64,000 nt of DNA from Desulfobacterales bacterium (GTDB lineage: Bacteria; Desulfobacterota; Desulfobacteria; Desulfobacterales; C00003060). Position 1 is the first letter of the stretch, and each line of letters opens with the position of its first letter. Below, in pieces: positions 44,761 to 53,588 of this stretch. Location of the stretch: contig JAUWXF010000002.1 in assembly GCA_030616475.1 (NCBI GenBank), positions 18 to 64,017 of the forward strand, read 5' to 3'. The position numbers and the translations under genes are program-made. The notes under the pieces were generated by a model. That model ran no database searches. It was not told the DNA's origin and saw nothing but the letters and a program-made list of their open reading frames with translations.

Positions 44761-45825
44761 TCATACCCAGGTGATTTGGTGACTCCCCTTTTTCCTTTCC
44801 ACAATGCTGCCTATGACGTATGGCTTTTCGTCCATGGCCGCAAGGAACTCCATAATTCCCTCTGTGGCTCTTTCAGGGACCACAAGGATGAGCCCAATTC
44901 CATTATTGAAGGTTCTCATCATTTCCCGTTTTGAGAGCTTACCTGCTTCCTGAAGGAAGGTGAAAACAGGCGGGGGCTCCCAGCTTGCTTTATCGATCTG
45001 GGCCTTGCAGGATGATGGGAGTATACGGGGCAGGTTGTCTACGATACCACCCCCGGTTATATGGGCAATCCCGTGTATTGGGAAGTCACGCAAGAGGTGA
45101 CGAACAACCTCGGAATAAATCTTGGTCGGCTCCAGAAGCTCTTCCCCAATAGTTCTTCCCAATATGTCAACTGTGTCATCTACCTTCAATTTGAGTCTTT
45201 CAAAGCAGATCTTTCGAGCCAAAGAGTAACCGCTGCTGTGAAGACCGCTTGAGGCGATGCCAATGAGCTTATGGCCTACTGCAATCTCTGATCCATCCAC
45301 GATCTTGCTGTTATCTACAATGCCAACCACAAACCCTGCCAGATCGTACTCCCCGCCGCTGTACAGTCCGGGCATCTCTGCTGTTTCACCCCCTATAAGA
45401 GGACACCTGGCACGTTTGCAGCCCTCGACAATTCCCCGAACAATCGCCTCGGCTGTTTCGGGGACAAGGGTTCCCATGGAAAGATAGTCAAGAAAAAATA
45501 AGGGCTTGGCACCCTGCACCGCAATATCATTGACACACATTGCCACCAGGTCAATCCCGATGGTTTCGTGCTTGTCCATCATGCAAGCAACCTTGACTTT
45601 AGTGCCCACCCCATCCGTGGAGCTTACCAGAACAGGTTTCTCATACTGGCTTACGTCGAGAGAATAAAGGCCGCTGAACCCCCCAATGCCGGCAATTACC
45701 CCGGCCCGAGGGGCCTCCCTGGTGATTTTCTTAATAGTCTTTATGAAGCGATTCGCTTTGTCGATATCGACTCCTGCATCTTGATAGGTAAGAGACTCGT
45801 TCATGCCACGCTCCGTTGGGTTCAT
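44761..45825 (-). CDS. purM: phosphoribosylformylglycinamidine cyclo-ligase (AIR synthetase)
   Basis: 354 aa. It has YQDAGVDID, DGVGTK and GGETAEMPG. Confidence 0.95.
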   Translation of the reverse strand: MNPTERGMNESLTYQDAGVDIDKANRFIKTIKKITREAPRAGVIAGIGGFSGLYSLDVSQYEKPVLVSSTDGVGTKVKVACMMDKHETIGIDLVAMCVNDIAVQGAKPLFFLDYLSMGTLVPETAEAIVRGIVEGCKRARCPLIGGETAEMPGLYSGGEYDLAGFVVGIVDNSKIVDGSEIAVGHKLIGIASSGLHSSGYSLARKICFERLKLKVDDTVDILGRTIGEELLEPTKIYSEVVRHLLRDFPIHGIAHITGGGIVDNLPRILPSSCKAQIDKASWEPPPVFTFLQEAGKLSKREMMRTFNNGIGLILVVPERATEGIMEFLAAMDEKPYVIGSIVERKKGSHQITWV

Positions 45826-45949
45826 GTGTTCATTAGTCCCTTAGTTGTGAAATTCGTATTTTTTCTGGCAGAAAATTTCTTGCTATATTCAACAACAAGA
45901 CATCGGTCGGGCGTAAAGCCCGACCCTACGTAGGGGCGGGGTTTATCCC

Positions 45950-46236
45950 CGCCCGGTCTGAGCCAAAGCCCGCCCTGGTGCGATTCGTTCATATATATTG
46001 ATCTGGGCTATGCATCATTACACACCTGACTTTTTGAGTATAAAGTATTGGTGATCGGTCTGGCCCAGACCGGGTTTTTCACTCTGTGGCATTCTCCATC
46101 TTCTGTCGCGCCAGGGCGGGCCGGGTTTTTCTTCCCTGGGTATGGTCCAACTTCTGTCGCGCCCCTGGCCCAGACCGGGATGATAGGGACGGCACATCAA
46201 TGCTAAAGCTGTCGCGCCAGGGCGGGCAGGGCGGGC
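45950..46236. repeat. GC-rich direct/inverted repeat cluster (TGTCGCGCCAGGGCGGGC and CTGGCCCAGACCGGG modules)
   Basis: cttctgtcgcgccagggcgggc, cttctgtcgcgcccctggcccagaccggg and gctgtcgcgccagggcgggcagggcgggc, plus the palindrome ggtctggcccagacc. Reverse-complement modules occur at 6893-6950 and 2224-2306. Confidence 0.85.
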
Positions 46237-46371
46237 TTTAGGCACTTTAGTTCACTTTAGGCACTTTTTTTTGGTTCCGGCATGTCCGTGTCCGGGTATC
46301 CCATAGTATAATCTTCCAAATAAGTCAAAAGAAATCTATCAATTTAGCCTATTGAAAAAGCGAGCCTAACG

Positions 46372-46578
46372 AGCATACAGGCAATCCGATTCTAAAGCGG
46401 GTCTCTGTTTGAGCGTATTAGTGAGCGTTAAGAAAGAACAGCAAAGTGACATATTCTTTCTAAGGGTCAAATGATATCCGCCATAATCGAGGTTACTTAC
46501 AAAAGTCGGTCCCTGTTCTTTCTTTACGCTCACTTATGCGCGAGTTTGAGCCGGTTTAGAATCGGATTGCCTGTATGC
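46372..46578 (-). repeat. 207-nt long-hairpin element, copy 2 (inverted relative to copy 1)
   Basis: It has perfect 24-nt terminal inverted repeats, gcatacaggcaatccgattctaaa / tttagaatcggattgcctgtatgc. The inner arms are homologous to 38645-38848. The central roughly 70 nt is unrelated. Confidence 0.85.
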
Positions 46579-46693
46579 GATAATGTCTTCAAAGAACTAA
46601 AATGTTACAAGAAATCTTTTTGACATCAGCCCTGCTGTGGTATAATAAGATGTTTAAAAGGAAGGAAATTAGACCATATAGAAGGCTTGCACC

Positions 46694-47860
46694 ATGAAAG
46701 AATTTGCCCGGTTGAACCGGCTTCCTCCCTATGTCTTTACAACGGTAAACAAGATCAAGATGGATGCCCGTCGTGCAGGAGAGGACATTATTGACCTGGG
46801 GATGGGGAATCCTGATATGCCAACTCCAAAGCACATCGTGAATAAGCTGATAGAGGCATCCGGAAAGGGCCACAACCACCGGTATTCAGCATCCATGGGG
46901 ATCACAAAGCTTCGGATGGCGATTGCCGACTGGTATAAACGAAGGTTTGACGTGAATATAGACCCGGATACCGAAGCGATTGTCACCATTGGCGCCAAAG
47001 AAGGGATTTCTCATCTTGTGCTGGTAACCATACGCCCGGGGGATGTCGTCTTTTCGCCGGATCCCACATACCCGATCCATCCTTATTCGGCAGTCATTGC
47101 TGGTGGGGATGTTCGTGGGATTCCCTTGAGTCCGGATCGGGATTTTTTTGAAGACCTGATTGCGGCTACAAGGCAGACATGGCCCCGGCCCAAGATGCTC
47201 ATCATCTCCTTTCCACACAATCCTACAACCGAAGTAGTCGATTTGGCCTTTTTTGAAAAGGTGGTGGATTTCGCCAAAGAGCATGACATCCTGGTGATTC
47301 ATGATTTTGCCTATGCAGACCTGGTTTTTGACGGGTATGAGCCCCCCAGTTTTCTTCAGGTGCCGGGTGCCAAGGATATCGGGGTGGAATTCTTTTCGCT
47401 TTCCAAGAGTTATAGCATGCCGGGATGGCGTGTGGGCTTTTGCGTTGGCAATTCCGAGATTGTCGGAGCACTTCGTCGCATCAAGAGCTATCTTGATTAT
47501 GGCATCTTTCAACCCATTCAAATTGCATCCATTATTGCACTTAACGGACCTCAGGACTGTGTCAAGGAGATCGTAGAGACGTACAAGATTAGGCGCGATG
47601 CCCTGATAGACGGGCTGAACAGGGTAGGGTGGCCGGTCAAGCGACCCAAGGGGACCATGTTTGTCTGGACAAAGATCCCTGAGCCATACCTCAAGATGGG
47701 CTCTGTTGAGTTTTCAAAAATGTTGATCCGAAAAGCTAAGGTGGCCGTCTCACCAGGGCTTGGTTTTGGGGAATACGGAGATGAATACGTCCGGTTTGCC
47801 CTCATAGAAAACAAGATGCGCATTAATCAGGCCATAAGGGGGATTCGGAAGATTCTTTGA
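46694..47860 (+). CDS. class I/II PLP-dependent aminotransferase (AlaC/AspC-like)
   Basis: 388 aa. It has PHNPTT and [15 protein letters not shown] (PLP lysine context). Confidence 0.85.
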   Translation: MKEFARLNRLPPYVFTTVNKIKMDARRAGEDIIDLGMGNPDMPTPKHIVNKLIEASGKGHNHRYSASMGITKLRMAIADWYKRRFDVNIDPDTEAIVTIGAKEGISHLVLVTIRPGDVVFSPDPTYPIHPYSAVIAGGDVRGIPLSPDRDFFEDLIAATRQTWPRPKMLIISFPHNPTTEVVDLAFFEKVVDFAKEHDILVIHDFAYADLVFDGYEPPSFLQVPGAKDIGVEFFSLSKSYSMPGWRVGFCVGNSEIVGALRRIKSYLDYGIFQPIQIASIIALNGPQDCVKEIVETYKIRRDALIDGLNRVGWPVKRPKGTMFVWTKIPEPYLKMGSVEFSKMLIRKAKVAVSPGLGFGEYGDEYVRFALIENKMRINQAIRGIRKIL

Positions 47861-47880
47861 TGGGGGAATCGTGAATCCTT

Positions 47881-48028
47881 CGATTGATGATTGAAAAAGA
47901 CAATCAACAATCACAAATCGACAATCGACAATCGACAATCGACAATCGGAAAACCAATAACCAATAACCAATAACCAATAACGAGCTTTTAAATCCGCAA
48001 TCCGCATTCAGAAATCCGAAATCGAAAC
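47881..48028. repeat. aminotransferase-hom spacer made of word repeats
   Basis: The blocks are cgattgatgattg; gacaatc-type x7 (47899-47949); aaccaat-type x4 (47951-47983); and aaatccgcaatccgca ... aaatccgaaatcgaaac. Confidence 0.9.
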
Positions 48029-48038
48029 GGGTGTTGAG

Positions 48039-49346
48039 ATGAAGAAAATACACGTTGGTTTGTTGGGGTTCGGAACCGTGGGGTCTGGGATGGTAAAGAT
48101 CTTGCTGGAAAACCGCGAGGTGATCGAGTCGCGCCTTGGGGCCTCTCTTGCACTAAAATGGATAGCCGTCCGTGAGCTTGGAGGGGACCGGGGAGTCGCT
48201 GTGGATGCCAGCCTGCTTACAACAGACGCCGAAACGGTCATTGATGACCCTGAGGTTGACATTGTCGTGGAGCTCATTGGCGGTTATGAACCGGCAAAGA
48301 GCTTCATCTTGAAAGCGATTGAAAACGGGAAACATGTCGTTACGGCCAACAAAGCGCTTCTGGCCGTACACGGGCATGAAATTTTTTCCGCAGCCTCGCA
48401 AAGGGGTGTGGAGGTAGGCTTTGAGGCAAGCGTGGGCGGTGGAATCCCCCTGATTCGATCGATAAAGGAAGGCCTGGTTGCCAACCATATCCAAAGTCTT
48501 TTCGGTATCCTGAATGGCACTGCCAATTATATCTTGACCAAAATGACCGACCAGAGAATCCCCTTTTCAGAGGTATTGAAGGAAGCTCAGGCACTCGGCT
48601 ATGCAGAGGCGGATCCCACCTTCGACATCGAAGGGATCGACACGGCCCATAAACTGACCATACTTCTTGCCATCGCCTATGGGGTACCCATAGATTTTGA
48701 TGCAGTCTATACAGAGGGGATATCAAAGGTCACACCTCTGGACATCAAGTTCATAAAAGAATTCGGATACCGTATCAAACTCCTGGCCATCTCAAAAGAC
48801 GATGGCGGGGCGGTCGAGGCCAGGGTACATCCCACACTGATACCGGAGGACAGTATGCTTGCCAATGTGAATGAGGCTTACAATGCCCTTTACATGAAAG
48901 GGGATGCAGTGGGCAACGTGATGCTTTATGGAGCCGGGGCTGGAATGATGCCCACAGGCAGCGCTGTGGTAAGCGATCTGGTAGATGTTGCCCGCAATAT
49001 ACTAAGAGGTGCGGTGGGAAGGGTGCCGTCTGTGGGGTATCAGCCGGCAGGTACCAAGGCAAGGCGGATCAAGTCAATTGAAGAGCTTAAGACCGAGTAT
49101 TATTTTCGATTTTCAGCCGAAGACAGGCCAGGTGTACTTTCCAAGATTTCGGGGATTCTCGGAAAGCATCAGATCAGCATCAAATCAGTCCACCAGAAAG
49201 GGCGAGACCTAGTGGGCGCCGTACCCATTGTCACGATTACCCATGAGGCCAAAGAGGCGGCCGTACGGAAGGCCCTTTCGGAAATCGATCAACTTGAGGT
49301 GGTCAAGGACAAGACCGTTCTGATCCGGATTGAGGATTGGAGATGA
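48039..49346 (+). CDS. hom: homoserine dehydrogenase
   Basis: 435 aa. It has VGLLGFGTVG, NGTANYILT and a C-terminal ACT domain. Confidence 0.92.
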   Translation: MKKIHVGLLGFGTVGSGMVKILLENREVIESRLGASLALKWIAVRELGGDRGVAVDASLLTTDAETVIDDPEVDIVVELIGGYEPAKSFILKAIENGKHVVTANKALLAVHGHEIFSAASQRGVEVGFEASVGGGIPLIRSIKEGLVANHIQSLFGILNGTANYILTKMTDQRIPFSEVLKEAQALGYAEADPTFDIEGIDTAHKLTILLAIAYGVPIDFDAVYTEGISKVTPLDIKFIKEFGYRIKLLAISKDDGGAVEARVHPTLIPEDSMLANVNEAYNALYMKGDAVGNVMLYGAGAGMMPTGSAVVSDLVDVARNILRGAVGRVPSVGYQPAGTKARRIKSIEELKTEYYFRFSAEDRPGVLSKISGILGKHQISIKSVHQKGRDLVGAVPIVTITHEAKEAAVRKALSEIDQLEVVKDKTVLIRIEDWR

Positions 49347-50725
49347 AATATGTCATCCTGGTAGGCGACGGTATGGGGGATTACCCCATTGCCGAGCTTG
49401 GAGGAAAGACCCCACTTACGGCTGCGCTTACTACGCACATGGACTGGATAGCCGACCATGGAGAACTCGGTCTGGCACGAACCATTCCAGAGGGGTGCGA
49501 GGCCGGAAGTGATACGGCCAATTTGAGTCTCTTGGGATACGATCCGAAAGCGACCGTGACGCGGCGGGCCCCATTAGAGGCGGCCAGCCTTGGCGTCGAT
49601 CTATCTGAGACAGATGTGGCCTTCCGGTGCAATTTAGTCACCCTCTCCACCCAAAATGGCGTATTGACCATGGACGATTATAGCGCTGGCCACATCAGCA
49701 CTGATGAAGCCCGGGAGATTATCGAGGACCTAGACAGGGCCTTAGGAGATGAGACATTTCGGTTTTATCCTGGCGTGAGCTACCGGCATCTTATGGTCTG
49801 GCACGGCGGGGCGGCAGAGATTGATACCACGCCTCCTCACGATATTACAGGCAAGGCGGTCCGCCCCTACCTGCCCGCCAACGCTCTCGTCCGTGCGCCT
49901 CGCAAGGCCTTGGCAAGCGGGCAGGCTCAGGCCTGCCCGCCAGTGCCAGGCGACCTGCCCGCCAATGCCTTATGTGCCGGCATTGCAGTTACCCGGCGAG
50001 CGTGGCGCTGGCAGGCGGGTGGCAGGCGGGCGAGGCAGGCGGGTTTGGATCGTATGACCTCTCACGGGGTGTTGCTTCAACTCATGGATCGTGCAGGAGC
50101 AATCTTAAAAGATCATCCGATCAATAAAAGGCGCATGGAAAAAGGGCTGAAACCGGCCAACCATATCTGGTTCTGGGGGCAGGGGCATGTCCCTCAACTG
50201 GAGGCTTTCGAAGAGAAGACAGGGCTTAGAGGGGCCATCATTTCTGCCGTAGACCTCTTGAGAGGGATTGGTGTTTATGCAGGGCTTGAGGTGATAAGGG
50301 TTCCGGGTGCCACCGGGTATTTTGATACCGATTATGAGGCCAAAGCAGCGTATGCCCTGTCGGCCCTCAAAGGTGTTGACTTAGTCTACGTGCACGTGGA
50401 GGCTCCGGACGAGGCAGGGCACGCCGGTTTGCTGGATAAAAAGATCTCTGCTATCGAGTCATTTGACGCCTTGGTCGTGGGGAAGGTGTTAGATGGGATG
50501 AAGGGCTTTTCGGAATTCCGTATCATGGTGGCAACGGATCACTATACGCCTATCTCTGTTAGGACGCATACCATAGAACCCGTGCCGTTTGCCATTTTTG
50601 GCACAGGCATACGCAGCCCACTGCATGGTTCTGGTGGTTTCAGCGAGGAAAACGCTGAGGCCAGAGCCGTGTTTGTCTCTGATGGTTACAGGCTCATAGA
50701 ACGATTGATACGGTTTTCCAAATAA
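49343..50725 (+). CDS. cofactor-independent phosphoglycerate mutase, archaeal ApgM-type (alkaline-phosphatase superfamily), carrying a repeat-derived insertion
   Basis: MKYVILVGDGMGDYP...PPHDITGK...HVEAPDEAGH are typical ApgM motifs. The ATG at 49343 overlaps the hom stop (ATGA). It is about 60 aa longer than the roughly 400 aa I expect for this family. Confidence 0.85.
   Translation: MKYVILVGDGMGDYPIAELGGKTPLTAALTTHMDWIADHGELGLARTIPEGCEAGSDTANLSLLGYDPKATVTRRAPLEAASLGVDLSETDVAFRCNLVTLSTQNGVLTMDDYSAGHISTDEAREIIEDLDRALGDETFRFYPGVSYRHLMVWHGGAAEIDTTPPHDITGKAVRPYLPANALVRAPRKALASGQAQACPPVPGDLPANALCAGIAVTRRAWRWQAGGRRARQAGLDRMTSHGVLLQLMDRAGAILKDHPINKRRMEKGLKPANHIWFWGQGHVPQLEAFEEKTGLRGAIISAVDLLRGIGVYAGLEVIRVPGATGYFDTDYEAKAAYALSALKGVDLVYVHVEAPDEAGHAGLLDKKISAIESFDALVVGKVLDGMKGFSEFRIMVATDHYTPISVRTHTIEPVPFAIFGTGIRSPLHGSGGFSEENAEARAVFVSDGYRLIERLIRFSK
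49870..50044 (+). repeat. GC-rich CTGCCCGCC element inside a coding sequence (copy C)
   Basis: cctgcccgccaacgc...gcgacctgcccgccaatgccttatgtgccggcattgcagttacccggcgagcgtggcgctggcaggcgggtggcaggcggg aligns with the intergenic copies at 6713-6847 and 34998-35132. It is translated as PANALVRAPRKALASGQAQACPPVPGDLPANALCAGIAVTRRAWRWQAGGRRARQAG. Confidence 0.85.
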
Positions 50726-50767
50726 TTGTTGACAGGATGTGAGGGAGGACTTAAAATATTTTTATGC

Positions 50768-50844
50768 TGCGGGGTGGAGCAGTCTGGCAGCTCGTCGGGC
50801 TCATAACCCGAAGGTCCGTGGTTCGAATCCATGCCCCGCTACCA
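50768..50844 (+). tRNA. tRNA-Met (anticodon CAT), initiator-like
   Basis: TGCGGGGTGGAGCAGTCTGGCAGCTCGTCGGGCTCATAACCCGAAGGTCCGTGGTTCGAATCCATGCCCCGCTACCA. The D-arm and anticodon arm are identical to E. coli tRNA-fMet as I recall it. There are three G-C pairs next to the CTCATAA loop. The 1:72 position is mismatched (U.U). Confidence 0.9.
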
Positions 50845-50851
50845 AATGATT

Positions 50852-52042
50852 TCAATGGGTTAACCGATTTTGGTTAACCCGTTTTTCGTTGTTAGACTGC
50901 TCAGGGTGCAGGGGGGGTGCAGATGGGTGCAGAAAGTCTTGATCATCCAAGGCATCCACTTCATCTTTTTTCTTGCCCGGCATCCAGTGAGAATACACGT
51001 CTAAGGTCAGCTTTGTTGAACTGTGTCCAAGCTGATTTGAAACGTCCTGAATGTTGTCACCTTTGGAGATCCTCAAGGTCGCGTAAGTGTGACGAAGATC
51101 GTGAATCCTGATTCTTAACCCTGCCTTTTTCAGAGCTTTGTTGAATACCCTACGTCGCCAATTATCCTTGTCGATAGGGTTGCCATTGTCGTTCGTAAAG
51201 ATGTACTCAGGAAGGTCCCCCAGGCCCAGGGCAAGACCTTTCTTTTTGCTTTCAAGCTCGTGAGCCTTCAATCTCTTTGCAAGCTGTAGGCTCATGTCAA
51301 CGGGCCTGTCCTCACCGTTTTTAGGTGTGGTGATCTTTCCTCTAACAAGACTCCGCTCAACACTTATGAACCGGCCAGTAAAATCGATGTCACCCCATCT
51401 CAAGGCCAGTGCCTCCCCGATCCTCATGCCGGTACGGGCCAACAGCAGGAACAAAGTGTAATGCTCAGGGAAATGAGCCTGAACGATATCGAGTAACAGC
51501 TTCAACTCCTCTTTCGATAAAGGGTCTATGGCCTTCTTTTGTTTTTTCGCCTTAAGAACGTTCCTTCCGAGACTGTAGACGGGGTTTACAGGGATCACCT
51601 CGTCATCCAGGGCTTTGTTTAGCACTCCTGAGATAGTATCTTTCATGTGGCTTACAGTACTTTTGGCATACCCGTAGTTGATCTTATCAAGCAAGAAATC
51701 CTTGATCTTGCCTCGTGTAATGTCGGCCAGCTTGAGACTATCAAAAACCGGCAGCACGTGAAGCCGGAGAAGGTCCTCATAATCCCTGACGGTTGAATCT
51801 TTGCAGGTTGCAGGAACCGTGGTCCTGATCCATGAGTCTGCATACTCCTTGAACGTGGGGGCCGGCTTTTCTTCCTCAAAGCCAAACTCCCCGAGTTGAA
51901 GCTTTGTCCGGATCTCGCTTGCCACGGCCTGCGCGGCCGCTTTGTCGCCTACAAGCTTTGATGTCCTACTGCCATTATGGGCCACAAACACCCACCACGG
52001 CTTACCCTTGCCTTTATCCTTTTGTCTGACAGTAACGCCCAT
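50852..52042 (-). CDS. tyrosine-type site-specific integrase
   Basis: 396 aa. It has ARTGMRIGEALAL, HDLRHTYATL and GHSSTKLTLDVYSHW (R...HxxR...Y catalytic pattern). Its 3' end lies 7 nt from the tRNA-Met 3' end. Confidence 0.9.
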   Translation of the reverse strand: MGVTVRQKDKGKGKPWWVFVAHNGSRTSKLVGDKAAAQAVASEIRTKLQLGEFGFEEEKPAPTFKEYADSWIRTTVPATCKDSTVRDYEDLLRLHVLPVFDSLKLADITRGKIKDFLLDKINYGYAKSTVSHMKDTISGVLNKALDDEVIPVNPVYSLGRNVLKAKKQKKAIDPLSKEELKLLLDIVQAHFPEHYTLFLLLARTGMRIGEALALRWGDIDFTGRFISVERSLVRGKITTPKNGEDRPVDMSLQLAKRLKAHELESKKKGLALGLGDLPEYIFTNDNGNPIDKDNWRRRVFNKALKKAGLRIRIHDLRHTYATLRISKGDNIQDVSNQLGHSSTKLTLDVYSHWMPGKKKDEVDALDDQDFLHPSAPPLHPEQSNNEKRVNQNRLTH

Positions 52043-52192
52043 TTAAGATCGACCCCCTTTCTTCTTCGCCCTTTTCAGGTACTCAGTCAACGCCTTGATG
52101 ATAAGTCCCTTCAACGTGGTCCCCTCGATAGCCGCCTGGATCTTGGTTTCTCTGTGTAGCTTGTCAGGGAAATCTCTAATGTTTACCGTCAC
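52043..52192 (-). CDS. small ribbon-helix-helix-like protein (49 aa)
   Basis: This ORF is below the track cutoff: VTVNIRDFPDKLHRETKIQAAIEGTTLKGLIIKALTEYLKRAKKKGGRS. It has a GTG start 12 nt after GGAGG. Its TAA stop abuts the integrase ATG (TAAATG). Confidence 0.45.
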   Translation of the reverse strand: MTVNIRDFPDKLHRETKIQAAIEGTTLKGLIIKALTEYLKRAKKKGGRS

Positions 52193-52374
52193 TTTAGTCT
52201 GACACCTCCTTCCTGTTATGTTTTGATACTAATGTATCACAGGATACAGAGGATGTCAAGCCCTAAATTGATATTTTTTTGGTTATAAACCACAAGGGCA
52301 TATTTTGTTCTTAGTCGCCTGTTTTTTCCTGCAAATAGGGCACTCTGCTAAAATTGCCATGTTAAATACCTCCT

Positions 52375-52725
52375 TTAATCTTCTTTTTCTTTGTATTCCC
52401 CTTTTGGAAAGATCACCGGAACTTTGAACCTGACCCGATTCACAACTCTATTTTCACTAACCCGTTCGCCTTCAACGCTCAGAACAGGGATCTTGGCGCC
52501 TCCTTCCACTCTTTTGCTCTCAGCAACAGAAACCTCGATGTCAAACTCAACGTCTTGTCCAATCCGGCTAGTTTTCTTATGTTGAACGCTTCCCGCGCTC
52601 GGCGACAAATACTGACAGCCCTTAGGGTTCACGGCACCCCCAAGTTTCTGAACTGGCCCATGGGAATCTTTCACACCTTTTACAATCTCTCTCAGAGTCT
52701 CTTGTACAAATTCGCTAACTTTCAT
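52375..52725 (-). CDS. hypothetical protein, possibly trypco2-like
   Basis: 116 aa. The C-terminal VEFDIEVSVAESKRVEGGAKIPVLSVEGERVSENRVVNRVRFKVPV resembles the beta-rich core of the trypsin-co-occurring domain 2 as I remember it. Confidence 0.45.
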   Translation of the reverse strand: MKVSEFVQETLREIVKGVKDSHGPVQKLGGAVNPKGCQYLSPSAGSVQHKKTSRIGQDVEFDIEVSVAESKRVEGGAKIPVLSVEGERVSENRVVNRVRFKVPVIFPKGEYKEKED

Positions 52726-52753
52726 AAAAGCCCCTCACTTTCTCCCTGGTAGT

Positions 52754-53185
52754 TTACCCACGGGCAGCCGACAGGGTCCGGTTTTCGGTGATCAGCCTAG
52801 TTCGTGGTGTGTTCAAACCTTTTAACCCCAACTCCCTCTTCAACCGCTCCCTGGCATCCTCAATCGAACCGTCTATAGCCTCAAAGTGGCCTTTGAGTAC
52901 ATCCGGAGGGATCCCCTTGAAGTGCTCTGTAACCTTCTCCTTGATGTTATAGGCGATGGTTTCAAAAAGCCTGTCCAGTTCATCCGGCGCAATGTCATAG
53001 ACGATCTTGCCCTTTGCAGCCATGGCCTGCATGACGTCATTGTGGATGCTCTCGATTATCGCCTTGTTTAGTTTAGGTTTCAAGTTCCTGATTTTCTTGT
53101 ATTTGGGTGGGTGAAATTGACCCACTTTGTTGTTGATTATAGTCAAAGGTCCGAATTTCGTACTTTTGGAATTGAAATCCCCCAC
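52754..53185 (-). CDS. hypothetical protein
   Basis: 143-aa ORF on the same strand as its neighbours. I recognise no motif. Confidence 0.45.
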   Translation of the reverse strand: MGDFNSKSTKFGPLTIINNKVGQFHPPKYKKIRNLKPKLNKAIIESIHNDVMQAMAAKGKIVYDIAPDELDRLFETIAYNIKEKVTEHFKGIPPDVLKGHFEAIDGSIEDARERLKRELGLKGLNTPRTRLITENRTLSAARG

Positions 53186-53243
53186 GCGGGTTGATGGTCC
53201 CTGGAGATCTCCACAAATTTGTGGAGATCTCTGGTAGTAACCA

Positions 53244-53588
53244 CTATATCTTGTGTGCTCTTGTTCGGATTATTTCAAATCCTTCTTCTTTCAATTCCTG
53301 AAGCAACTCTCTCATTTCTTTCTCGTCAGGCCCCCACATCCCCCATTTTCGCAGTACTCTTTCCAGAAACAAAACCCCAGGATAAAGGTCATCCTTTATG
53401 TACTTCACCTCTGCCTCCTCTGCCTCTGAACATTCCAAACAGACAACCAATGGATTTAATTCACCTTTGATCAGTTGTTCTTGCTGTTCCTGATCAAAGT
53501 TTTTCATAGGAATCACCAAGTCTTTGCTACACATTGCGCAGGAAGTAAAAACTTCTTGCTTGTCTATATCTGTATATCCTATTTTCAT
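53244..53588 (-). CDS. hypothetical protein (CxxC ... CxxC zinc-ribbon-like)
   Basis: 114 aa with two cysteine pairs (SCAMCSK and VCLECSE). Confidence 0.45.
   Translation of the reverse strand: MKIGYTDIDKQEVFTSCAMCSKDLVIPMKNFDQEQQEQLIKGELNPLVVCLECSEAEEAEVKYIKDDLYPGVLFLERVLRKWGMWGPDEKEMRELLQELKEEGFEIIRTRAHKI

Noticed and set aside
44422-44934. 170-aa plus-strand ORF
   Set aside because: Its first two thirds are translated satellite and GC-core repeats. Its last part is antisense to the purM 3' end.
46018-46245. 75-aa minus-strand ORF
   Set aside because: It is composed of the GC-rich direct repeats and is a repeat artefact.
47899-47983. Possible CRISPR array (regular short repeats), here and in the other tandem-word blocks
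   Set aside because: The period is only 7-10 nt and there are no unique spacers. There are no cas genes in the window. These are micro-/minisatellite-like words, not CRISPR repeats.
49870-50044. Intein or genuine extra domain in the ApgM-like protein
   Set aside because: There are no intein splice-junction residues or endonuclease motifs. The DNA is homologous to non-coding intergenic repeats, so it is a repeat insertion.
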